This document shows positions 1 through 14,690 of a DNA stretch of 64,000 bases, in pieces; within the stretch, counting starts at the first letter, position 1; each line of letters starts with the position of its first letter. Position numbers and translations under genes: made by a program. Location: the NCBI RefSeq assembly GCF_009914755.1, contig NC_060926.1; one strand, given 5' to 3'. The DNA is from the human T2T-CHM13v2.0 reference genome, Homo sapiens. The notes under the pieces were generated by a model, which searched no databases, had not been told where the DNA came from, and saw only the letters and a program-made list of their open reading frames with translations.

Positions 1-71
1 ACCTCAGGCAAACTGCCTGCCTCGGCCTCCCAAGTTGCTGGGATTACCAGCGTGAGCCACCGTGCCTGGCC
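1..71 (-). mobile_element. Alu 5' end (partial, window edge), followed by an old L1 3' fragment to ~330
   Basis: ctcggcctccc...gtgagccaccgtgcctggcc. Confidence 0.85.
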
Positions 72-649
72 TCCCTTTTAAGGCTGAATAATATTCCATT
101 GTACGTAGATACCAAATCCATTCATCTCTGAAGGACATGTAAGTTGTTTCTACCTTTTGACTATTGTGAACCATGCTGTTGTGAACGTTGGTGTACAGGT
201 ATCCATTTGAGCCCTTGCTTTCAATTCTTTTTTATTTATAACTAGAAGTGGAATTTCTCCACATCCTCATCAACGCTTGTTTCTGTATTTTTTTTTTATT
301 GTAGCCACACACTATGAATGTCAAAAAGTGACATTTTGACAATTTTGAGCCAGGCTTTCAGGCAGCAGAGGCCTGGGTGGCAGTCTGTGGTGTGAAGTGG
401 ATTTAGTCACACACAGTCTGATGTTGTAAACCACATGGGCTCTATTTACCTTCCTCTCCTAGGACTAGGAAGATTCTGTAGAGTATCGGAAAGCATTGGT
501 TCATGTGCTGCCAGGATTCATGTTGGCTCTGGTGAGCCAGGGACAGGGAACTGACCTGCAGGCAGCCCAAGCAGCCACCTACTCACCTCACAATGACAGG
601 GACCCTCATCATACAGGTCAGGGCTCAACTCAAAGACAGGCGTGGCAGT

Positions 650-735
650 GGGACACAGCAACAGGACTCTCCATGTGGCAAGGGCACCTGGAGGTGGGAG
701 GGCAGGAGCGTCGTCTTGCCCTGGCAGAAGAAGCG
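650..735 (+). other. TEX37: Probable TEX37 non-coding first exon (start approximate)
   Basis: Unique non-repeat sequence ending in GCG|gtaggc donor at 736, upstream of the acceptor at 1640; TSS not determinable from sequence. Confidence 0.4.
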
Positions 736-1147
736 GTAGGCTCTGTCTGCGTGGCAGCTGGTCCCCAGCCCTAGGAGAGAAGCTGTCTGTGAGCAAAAGG
801 GAGGGGATACAGGTGTTGGTTGAGGTCTGGGCACCACCCTGCTGGGCCACAGTCTGCTGAAGAGAGTGGGGCTTAGGGGAGGGTTCCCTGGGAATGCAGT
901 GGAGTACCCCTTAAGGATCTAGGGGCCACGCACACAAGGAGTCTGTGCAGCGAGGCCCTCGCTAGGACTTCAGGGCTGGAAGGGAGGGGTCAGTGTTAGG
1001 CCTACAAACTACTGTTGTTCAACTGGGAATGCAGAGTCTTGCAACTTTCTTCACCTTGGATACTCCCCTGTGAATCAAGGTGGCTCTGAGTCCTAGGCCT
1101 GGGCCTTCCTCTATCCAGGGGAAGTGCTGAGGCCTGGTTCAGAGGAA

Positions 1148-1352
1148 CATGTGAGCTGGAGCCAGTTCATACTGGCTCACAAGAGCCCATCCTGTGCATA
1201 TCTGTGCAACTCAGTGCCAATGACATTATGTTGATAGCCTGAAATGAGCCATGATAGGAGCATTTACACCACAGAAATTGGCAGATGCTATAAACCCAGG
1301 GCCTATTTTCCCTGAAAACATGGTTGTTAAACATTTACCAGCACTTCACTTG
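1148..1352 (+). mobile_element. MER63A-like hAT (Blackjack) non-autonomous DNA transposon
   Basis: gctggagcc..ggctc..gagccc at the start and ggttgttaaacatttaccagcac at the end. Confidence 0.6.
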
Positions 1353-1650
1353 CCCTAGGATCAGCTATACCTCTCAAACAGTAAACCTGATCAGTAAATG
1401 TGATCTTCTAAACAGCCCTCATTCCTCCTGAGTCCTGCTCCAGCCCCTTTGTCCCAGGGACCCTGGTATCACCACCAACCCCTTGATGATGGAGTGACAT
1501 GCAGGGTAGGAGCCCAGGGAAGATGGGGAGGAGTGGGCTAAGAAAGCTGGGGCAGCCATGCTTGGTTGGCACAGCTTGAAGATAGTGGCTACTTTCCTTG
1601 TCTGTGGCAGAGCAGGGCTAAACAACTTGTCTGTGTCTAGGTCGTTTGCC

Positions 1651-1677
1651 ATGGCAGGTGTGAAATACCCGGGACAG
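1651..1677 (+). CDS. TEX37: TEX37/SPMIP9 first coding exon (MAGVKYPGQ)
   Basis: GCC-ATG-G Kozak context at 1651; GTGAGT donor at 1678; upstream acceptor tgtctag ends at 1640; joins in phase 0 to the next exon. Confidence 0.9.
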
Positions 1678-1869
1678 GTGAGTGATGTGGGTTTCTGTCC
1701 CCTGTGACGGTCTCAGGGTTGGGTAGCCTCAGCAAGGCCCTGGAAGGGCCAGGCTCTTTCTAGAAGCTCATCTTTCTGTAATGATAGTTTTGGGTTTTGT
1801 GGGTTTTTTTTTTTTTTGGTACAAGAAGAAGAAGAGAACTGAGTTTTCTTCTTTATAATTTTCTGGGGG

Positions 1870-2370
1870 TTCAGTTATTTACTCAGCATGCACTTATTAG
1901 GCACCCACAGTGTGCCAGGCCCTGTCCTGGGCTTTGGGACTGCAGAGATGTCTAAGTACACTAAACCTGCTCTAGTGTACTTCATTAAATCCATCACAGT
2001 ACACCCTGCAAGTGCTGTTGTGGAGGGTTGTAAGGAACAAGGAAAGGGTTTAACTCTTGGGAGGTGGAGAATAAAAGGGTGGGAGAGATGTTTTGGGGAA
2101 GTGACATTTAGTCTGGGTCTTGGAGGATAGGTAGGAGTTTGCTAGTCTGTGAGGAGGGCAACTTGCATTTCCATCAGGAGATAGGAAAGAGCACATGCCA
2201 GGCCCATGCAAGTGGGAGGAAGTAAGGCTGGAGTAGAGAAGGCAGGAAGGTGGCGGGATGGTAAAAATGGGTCACAGCCAGATCATTTGGGCTCTGAATG
2301 TCAGGCCCCAAAGTCGGCCTTTGTCCTACAAACAGCAAGAAGCCATTGAATGGCTTTAAGTGGAGGAGTG
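1870..2370 (-). mobile_element. L2 LINE 3' fragment
   Basis: cacttattaggcacccacagtgtgccaggccctgtcctgggc..gggac is typical of the L2 3' end. Confidence 0.55.
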
Positions 2371-2410
2371 ACGAGGGAATCTCTTGTTTTATATTCTCCT
2401 TGTGCTTTAG

Positions 2411-2545
<135 letters not shown>

Positions 2546-2672
2546 TGAAATCCTCTCTGTTGCTTCATTTGTATTACAAATGTGGACATTTGGGCCCTTG
2601 TTAGAACAATATCCAATGCCAGGAGATATGACTTAGAGATCTTTTCTGTGCATGTGCATGTATGTGTGTGTA

Positions 2673-2971
2673 TTTTTTTTTTCTTTTTGAGAAGGAGTCT
2701 TACTCTGTCACCCAGGCTGGAGTGCAGTGGCGCGATCTCGGCTCACTACAACCTCTGCCGCCTGCCTGGATTCAAGCGATTCTCCTGCCTCAACTTCCTG
2801 AGTAGCTGGGATTACAGGTGCCTGCCACTGCGTCAGCTAATTTTTGTATTTTTAGTAGAGATGGGATTTCACCATCCTGGCCAGGCTGATCTTGAACTCC
2901 TGACCTCGTGATCCACCTGCCTCGGCCTCCCAAAGTGCTAGAATTACAGGCGTGAGCCACCGTGGCCGGCC
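2673..2971 (-). mobile_element. Alu (AluS)
   Basis: Full dimeric Alu with poly-T. Confidence 0.9.
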
Positions 2972-3191
2972 ATGTGTGTATGTTTTCAAATGTACATCAA
3001 ATACGTCATGCATACAAAAAATTGTAAATAATACACATTTAGAGTTAAAATTACACTGATAAACACCGATGTAACCATTACAGACCGCTTAAAACATGGC
3101 ACATTAACATTAGCAGTACCTTGTAGCCTCTTGGTAACCCGCAAACTTACCCCTCCTCCCATCTCCAGAAGTGGTTAATCATTCCCTTGTA

Positions 3192-3460
3192 GGCCAGGCA
3201 CAGTGGCTCACACCTGGAATCCCAGCATTTTGGGAGGCAGAGGCGGCCAGGAGTTGAGACCAGGGGTTTGAGACCAGGAGTTTGAGGCCAGCAGTTCGAG
3301 ACCAGCCTGGCTGACATGGCGAAATCCCGTCTCTATAAAAAATACAAAAATTAGCCTGGCTTGTTGGTGCACGCTTGTATTTTCAGCTGCGTGGAAGGCT
3401 GAGACATGAGAATTGCTTGAACCTGGGAGGTGGGGCGAGACTCTATCCCCCCCAAAAAAA
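3192..3460 (+). mobile_element. Rearranged Alu with a 4x tandem B-box unit and right-arm deletion
   Basis: TSD aatcattccctt at 3177-3188 and 3459-3470. Confidence 0.85.
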
Positions 3461-4000
3461 TCATTCCCTTATGTGTTTTTCTAAAAACTCATTTTACCTT
3501 ATATGTATATATTCTTTGGTTTTGCCTTTTTGAACTTTATTACATATTGGATTTGTACCCTTCCACAATTGTCACTTTTTGCTAAACATTATGGCATATT
3601 ATTCATTTTCTGCTGCATAGTATTACATTGCATGAATATGCCACAGTGTACCGTATTTGTCGTTTCTGTATCTGTCTCTTCTTATTGGTGGACATTTGGG
3701 TGCTTTATTCCTACTCTTCCCACTCCCAAATGCTGCATTGAAGATGAGATAAGTCACATCCTAATGTTCAAGAGTTTATCCATTCCAGGAGTGGAATTGT
3801 TTGTCATGGAGTATTAGGTAAAATCACTGTTTTCCAAAGCAGTTGCACCAATTTACATTATGGCCAGCAGGAGACAGTTACTTCTGCTGCTCTGCAATCT
3901 TGCCATTGCTTGGTATTGGCAGACATTTTAATTTTTGCCAGTTTGGTGGGTGCAAAATCATATTTTCCTGTGGTCATAATTTTCATTTCACTAACAATGA

Positions 4001-4444
<444 letters not shown>

Positions 4445-4955
4445 TAAGCATTTTTCATTTGTCAGTTATATATGTGGATAAACTCTTCTCCAGTTTGTGG
4501 TTTGTCTTTGCACTAAATATTTCAGGGAATGTGAATTCTAATTGTTAATATAGTTAGATTTATCAGTTTTTTCCTTTATCATTTTCTCTTTTCAAGATTG
4601 CTTAAAAATCTTCTCCCGTCCTGAGGTTTCCCCACTAAAAAAAGATCTAAACAAACAAAGATGGATCAGTTTCTGAGATGTTATTTAATGGAAGCAAAGT
4701 GTGGGATGGAATATAATATTCATCATTTCTGTACAAACCAAGGGAAGAAGATATACACATACATGTTTATATGCACATCAAATATTTCTAGAGAGATACA
4801 AAAAGCACTGATAGCAGTGGTTGTCTCTGGAGATGGGAACCAAGGGAGGAGGAGAGTGGGAAAGAGACTTACGTTTCACTATAAACCCTTTTGTGTAATT
4901 TCAGCATTCCCTCTGTTGTATATGTTACCATTCAAGGACTAATTTAAAGTTTTGA

Positions 4956-5480
<525 letters not shown>

Positions 5481-5562
5481 GAAGGATGAAAATACCTTCC
5501 AAAGGCTCTTCCAAGGGCATGTGGAAATCCTATGACCTTGGAGTGCAGAGAGGAGAACTGAA

Positions 5563-5568
5563 AATAAA
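5563..5568 (+). terminator. TEX37: TEX37 polyadenylation signal AATAAA
   Basis: First AATAAA ~80 nt after the stop codon. Confidence 0.65.
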
Positions 5569-5614
5569 ACTGGAAAGATGTTCCAACTGCACTGGGACCC
5601 TGGGATCATGTTCA

Positions 5615-6078
<464 letters not shown>

Positions 6079-6447
6079 TTATTTAAAAAGTGGGGAAAAG
6101 TGTGTTTCCCGCAGTCATCTAGCTATTGGGTGTGATCGCAAAACCTGAGGTGCTGTTGGATAACTTTTCCCCTCGATATTCTTATTTCAGTTCATCCACC
6201 ACTCCTACCTTGTAGCAATCAACAGCAACAGTTTAAAGGGCATTGTTTCATACTTTTCTTCTTGCTCAGTGGAATGCATGTAAACATACATACGTGTGAG
6301 TCAGTGAGTCTGCTATAACAGAGAACCAAAACACAGTAGCTTGACCAACATGCTAGTTTATTTCTCTATTGTCTAATAGTTCAGAGGTAGACAGTTAGGA
6401 GGGTAGAACATGTTTGTTGTGGCTTCTATCTCTGGGTCCAAGGTGGA

Positions 6448-6845
6448 TGCTATGGGCTGAATTATGTATCCCACAAATGCATATGTTGAAACTCTAACCC
6501 CCGATATGATTGTATTTGGAGATAAAGCTTTTAGGAGGTAATTAAGGTTAATTGAGGTCATAAGAGTAGAGCCTTATTCCACACCTCTTCTAATAGGCAT
6601 CCTTATTAGAAGAGGAAGAGAAAGAGATTTCTCCATCCATGTGCATGCACTGAGGAATGGTCATGGGAGGACACTCTGAAGGCAGCTGTGTCCAAGCCAG
6701 GAAGAGAGCCCCCACCAGAGACCAAACCCTGCTGGACCTTGAACTTGGACTTTCCAGCCTCCAGAACTGTGAGAAAATAAATTTCTGTTGTTTTAGTTGC
6801 CCAGTCTGTGGTATTTTGTTATGGCAGCCCAAGCTGAGTGATACA
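6448..6845 (+). mobile_element. MLT1 (MaLR) solo LTR
   Basis: tgctatgggctgaat...ccagcctccagaactgtgagaaaataaatttctgttg...gtattttgttatggcagccc...taca. Confidence 0.75.
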
Positions 6846-7761
6846 GTGGCTGATTCAGTTGTTGACATTTTTCAGTTAGAAAGAAGAATAACCTGGGGAT
6901 ACAGGTACTTTTCTTTTACGAGCAAAATGCAGAAATTATATTCTTCACTTACTGTCTTGTCCCCTTGGTCAGAGCTTAGTTATACCGCCATACCAAACCT
7001 TGAGGAAGGCCGGGAAGTATAATGTTTATTCTGGATGGCCATGTACCCAGCTAAAAATGAGGGGTTTATTAGTTTAGGAGAGGATAGATTTTGGTTGTGA
7101 CTATCCAGCTTTGCCCAATACATGAGAAATCTTTTGCTTTGGGATCATACTGTACACCAGTGTTTCCCCTAGGGAATCTTATTAAAATGCAAGTTTTGGT
7201 TCTGTAGTTCTGGGGTGTACATTCTGCATTTCCAACAAGCTCCCACTATTTTATTTCCTACTTCTATAACATCAACTTTTTAAAAGACTCCACAGATGAG
7301 TGAGAACATGCTTGATGCCAATGCTGCAGGACTATAGGGCACACTGGAGTAGCCAGGCTGGACACAATACTCTGCAGGCTGATTTTCCCCCGACTTATGG
7401 ATTTAATTATTTTTAATGACTACCTAATATTCCATTGAATTGATGGATATTGATGTATTACAATTTTATTACTAGTGGATAGCCATGCTTTTCCATTTTT
7501 TCCTGTACGCATAGTGCTGCGATAACTATTCATGAACATATATCCTTACCTATTGATGTTTTTATTTCTGTAAGACAGAATCTTACAAGTAGAATTGCTG
7601 GTAAAACGGTATGGATGTTTAGTGTTAATAGAGACTAAGAGAATTTGTTCAGAAGAGTCGAGTCAAAAGTCCCCATCCCACCGCAGTGTGTGATAGTGTC
7701 TCTTTTCCTGTCTCCTCACCAGCACATGGATATTATCAATCTTTAATTTTTGCCAATTTGA

Positions 7762-9105
<1,344 letters not shown>

Positions 9106-9527
9106 TGATTTTGGAGTCAGGCAAAACTGAGGCTTCACCCATGCCTTAATTTACTATTTACTAGCTGAGAGATGTTCTAGAAAATCTCTCTGAACCTCAA
9201 TTCTCTCATCTGTAAGAGGCATTAATAATGCTCCTATCTTATGAGTGAACACTGAACAGTGCCTGAGATAGTGAGACCTTTTATACACACATTTACAAAG
9301 TTCACACTGAATTCTGTAATTATTTTTGTTTTTCTGTTTTTAGGCAATAATACATTTTATTAAGGTATTTTTTCATGCCTACTTTCTATTTCTTGTATCA
9401 TCCCCCTGGTTGATTTCTTTCTTTTTAAAAAATTATTATTTAAAAAATTACCACATAATAATTGTACATATTTGTAGAGTACATGGTGATGTTTTGATAC
9501 GTGCAATGTGTAGTGGTCTAATCAGGG

Positions 9528-10020
9528 TGTGATGACAGTAATACTGAGTGTCAACTTGATTGGATTGAAGGATGCAAAGTATTGATCCTGGGTGTGTCTG
9601 TGAGGGTGTTGCCAAAAGGAGACTAACATTTGAATCAGTGGGCTGGAAAAGGCAGACCCACCCTTAATCTGGGTGGACACCATCTAATCAGCTGCCAGCT
9701 TGGCTAGAATATAAAGCAGGTAGAAAAATGTGGAAAGACTAGACTGGCCTAGCTTCCCAGCCTACATCCTTCTCCCGTGCTGGATGCTTCCTGCCCTCGA
9801 ACATGGACTCCAAGTTCTTCAGTTTTGGGACTTGGACTGGCTTCCTCGCTCCTCAGGTGGCCTGTTGTGGGACCTTGTGATTGTGTGAGTTAATAATAAG
9901 CTCCCATATATATATATTATATTATATATATATATATGGATATCCTATATACAATAGGATATCCTATTGTATATATATCCTATCAGTTCTGTCCCTCTAG
10001 ATAACCCTGACTAATATACA
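9528..10020 (+). mobile_element. MLT2A (HERV-L) solo LTR inserted in an L1MA 3' fragment (~9430-11215, - strand)
   Basis: tgtgatg..aatactgagtgtcaacttgattggattgaaggatgcaaagtattgatcctgggtgtgtctgtgagggtgttgcc; internal TA run; ends ccctgactaatataca. Confidence 0.85.
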
Positions 10021-10161
10021 GAGTAACCAGTATATTCATCACCTCAAACATTTATCATTTCTTTATCTTGGGAACATTCAAAATCCTCTCTTCTAGCTAT
10101 TTGAAAGTATATGATAAATTGTTGTTGGCTCTAGTCACTCTATTGTGCTGTAGAACAGTAA

Positions 10162-10580
<419 letters not shown>

Positions 10581-10610
10581 GAGATTAACTTTTTAAAAGA
10601 CTTCTTATAT

Positions 10611-11060
<450 letters not shown>

Positions 11061-11459
11061 TTAACCATTTGTCTGTTGATGGACGCTTAAGTTGATTGAT
11101 ATTTTGGCTGTTGTGAATGGTGCTGCAATAAGTATGGGACTGCAGATGCCTCTCTAATATACTGGTTTCCTTTCCTTTGAAGAAATACCCAGTGGTAGGA
11201 TTGCTGGATCATATTGAATACTGTAATTTTAAATCCTGCTTGATTTTAATTGCATTAACTATCAACATTCCCACTCAACCTTAAAACTTTGCATCATTGC
11301 GTGAATTTTAAAACTATAAACATCACTGCATGAACATAACATAATTTATTATTGTTAGCTATTCAAGATTTTTTCCATTATGCATTTTCTGTTACAAATA
11401 ACAGGATGTTTTTTAAAATATAAACCTTTTTTCTGTAATTAGGTTGAAAAGGAGTAGCA

Positions 11460-11780
11460 GGCCAGGTGCAGTGGCTCGTGCCTGTAATCCCAGCACTTTG
11501 GGAGGCACAGGCGGGTGGATCATCTGAGGTCAGGAGTTCAAGACCAGGCTGGCCAACATGGCGAAACCCTGTCTTACTAAAAATACAAAAATTAGCCAGG
11601 CCTGATGGTGGGCGCCTGTAATCCTGCCTACTCGGGGGCTGAGGCAGGGAAAATCGCTTGAACTCAGGAGGTGGAGGTTGCAGTGAGCCGAGATCGCACC
11701 ATTGCATTCCAGCCTGGGCGACAGAGAGAGACTCCGTCTCAAAAAAAAAAAAAAAAAACAAAAGAAAAGTAAAAAAAGAA
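11460..11780 (+). mobile_element. Alu (AluS)
   Basis: Full Alu; TSD aaaaggag(t/a)agca. Confidence 0.9.
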
Positions 11781-12156
11781 AAGGAGAAGCAAAGTTACTG
11801 GGTCGAAATGCATGAACACATTCTTGAAGCATATTACCAATTACTACTTTCTAATCAGATGTATTTTTAATATTAAGAAATGGTTACTAATTTTGTTAGG
11901 TGTGATGAGGGAATTTTGGTTATGTTTAAGCATTTATTTATTAGAGATCATTTTCTCTTGAAATATTAACTGAAGAATTGATGTCTGAAATTTATTTTAA
12001 AAAAGCTCTAGCAAAAAGCGTTGATGGGGGTAGGAAATAGGTCAAACAATATCAGTGACAAAATAAAAATTGTTGGGTGACAGGTGCTTGCAAGTTCATG
12101 ATCCTACTCTCTGCTTTTGGGTATTTTTGAAATTATCCACAATAAAACATTAAAAT

Positions 12157-12372
12157 GGAAGGAAGGAAGGAAGGAAGGCAGGCGGAGGGGAAGGGAAGGG
12201 AGGAAAAGGAAGGAGGGAAGAAGGGAGGCAGAAAAGAAAAGGAAAGAAAAAATGAAAGATGTATCTCTTTAGAATACTACTAGCCATTTATGAGAGTAGT
12301 TAATTCACAGTGTCCTTATCCCTGTTATTATCAAGAAAGAAAGAATGAAAGAGAAAGAAAAGAAAGGAAGAA
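12157..12372. repeat. GA-rich low-complexity / (GGAA)n tracts
   Basis: ggaaggaaggaagg at 12157-12260 and aagaaagaaag at 12332-12372. Confidence 0.85.
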
Positions 12373-12872
12373 GACTGCCTATTAGTTTGATAAGAGTACA
12401 GTCTCTTTGATCCCTGGTGAGGTGGAATAACTTTTCAAAGACCCTTTATCTCTTCATCACTTGTAAAATGCTTCCTGGTCAGTACATTCCTTTCTTCCTA
12501 TCTTGTTACAATCTTTAGTGAATCTGTTTTATCCATAACATGCCTTCTAAGATGTCTATAAAAGAAAGTATCTACAAAAGAAAGCTTACTACATCTCAAT
12601 GCTTTTTAATAAATAATTTTTTTTTCAGTGACAGGTCATGTGGATCAGCTGATGGTTTTAACACATGGAATTTCTACAAAATGCTTTAGCTGAGGTGAAA
12701 ACATTAGTAACAATACATATTTGCTGCACACACCACACATATTTCGTCTTCATATTCAGATGAAGAAACAGAGGTTGAGGGAGGTTAAGTACCTGGCTCA
12801 AGTCCACATGTAACAAAGCCAGAATTTAAATCCCAGATTTGATTCCAACCCTAAAGTTTTAGTCATTTTTGA

Positions 12873-13233
<361 letters not shown>

Positions 13234-14488
13234 TAATAAAAACGGTTGTCTTGCTCCCTAATGTCCAAGTTTCATTGATTAATAGCCATCAGTGTGAACA
13301 ACTACCTGGACCAAGAAGATCAGCTGGATTCGGAGATATCCTTCGCTAGTTCTTAATCTGAGATGTTCAGAAACCTTGGAAATGTCTGTTTCTGGAGAGA
13401 CCATCACTGTCTCTCCCCTAGGTGGACAGAGCAAGAAGGTGAGCCATGACCTGGATCTGCTGGAGCAGGAGAGGACAGCGGTAGGGGAGCCCAGGAAGGG
13501 ATCAGGCACAGGAGAGAAGGATGAGTTGAGACCCCAACACGCTGCTTTTGAGGCGCTTGCTGCACCTTCCCACAGGAGGCTGAGGAAACAGCTCTGAGAA
13601 ATAGCTACTAAAATCCTAAGATTTTGCCTCAGAAATCTCCTTCGAATTTGACCCTCCATTCAGACCCCACTGCAGCAGGCCTCCTCTATGGCACCCGGGA
13701 ACGGCCCTTGCAGTCCTCCCCATTTTAACTCTAGAGGAATCATAAAACACAGGTCTGATTACATATTCATGATCTCCCTGTATAACCACCACGTGGGGGG
13801 TCCCACAGCGTAAGGCCCTTCCTAGGAGGCAGCAACCCCTCCCTCCAACCCCATCTCAACCTGCCCTACACGCATATTCACCCCTCTCCCACCTCCTGCC
13901 TTCCACTTGCTGTTACTTTTTGTAAACAACTTTTTCTCCTGGTTTCCCCCAGTTTCCCCCAGCTGACAGCTTACACAGCCTCCTCTGAAGAATCCTGCCT
14001 TGACAACCCCCTGTCCCTAACAGTTTGCTCGCTCTCTGTGTTCTTAAGTCCCTTTGTTCCTACATCTTTCAGCGGGGGGCTGTGAGGAGTCCAAGAGTGA
14101 ACACCCAGTGCCTGCCCTGGCAAACAGTGACTGCTCAATCATTGTGAGCTATATTTTATTTTATTAAAAAAATTTTTTTTTGAGACAGAGTCTTGCTCCA
14201 TCACCAGGCGTGATCTCAGCTCACTGCAACCTCCACCTCCCAGGTCCAAGCGATTCTCATGCCTCAGCCTCCAGAGTAGCTAGGATTACAGGTGTTAGCA
14301 CAACTAAGTTCCTCTTCAAAACTTACCTCCCTGTTTATAAGTTGTAAGGTTATAAGCTAGCCCTTCTCCCTGCTTTCCCCTTTCTCCACTTTGGCCTTCA
14401 AAGTCCTCGTCTCGCTACCTTATTTAGAAAGAGGTTCAAACTTCCTTCTGTTCTGTAACCAACCCCCTTGCTGTACCCATACATATCC

Positions 14489-14508
14489 AGGCATGCCTAG
14501 GCATGCCT
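14489..14508. promoter_or_regulatory. Perfect p53 response element AGGCATGCCT-AGGCATGCCT
   Basis: Two RRRCATGYYY decamers, zero spacer, fully palindromic, inside the LTR U3. Confidence 0.85.
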
Positions 14509-14603
14509 TCCCTCCTGCCTAGTTAGTAACAGACGGTCTCTCCTCCCCACTCCTCTTTTAGCAAATTGCGCGTTTACTCTATTTGGAGAATTTTAAGTCT
14601 TAG

Positions 14604-14690
14604 CCAATCAGGTCAGCTTAGATTGTGAGGTCCAACTCCAGCCAATGGGGAAAGGACACAGAAACAACAACTGCGTTAGGGATAAAAACC
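14604..14690 (+). promoter_or_regulatory. LTR core promoter: CCAAT (14604), CCAAT (14642), TATA-like GATAAAA (~14681)
   Basis: Order and spacing typical of a retroviral U3; TSS expected ~14710-14725. Confidence 0.6.

Noticed and set aside
3247-3306. Short regularly spaced repeats considered as a CRISPR-like array
   Set aside because: No spacers, Alu-derived, and eukaryotic context.
13279-13659. 126-aa minus-strand ORF in unique sequence
   Set aside because: No recognisable homology, motif or supporting splice structure.
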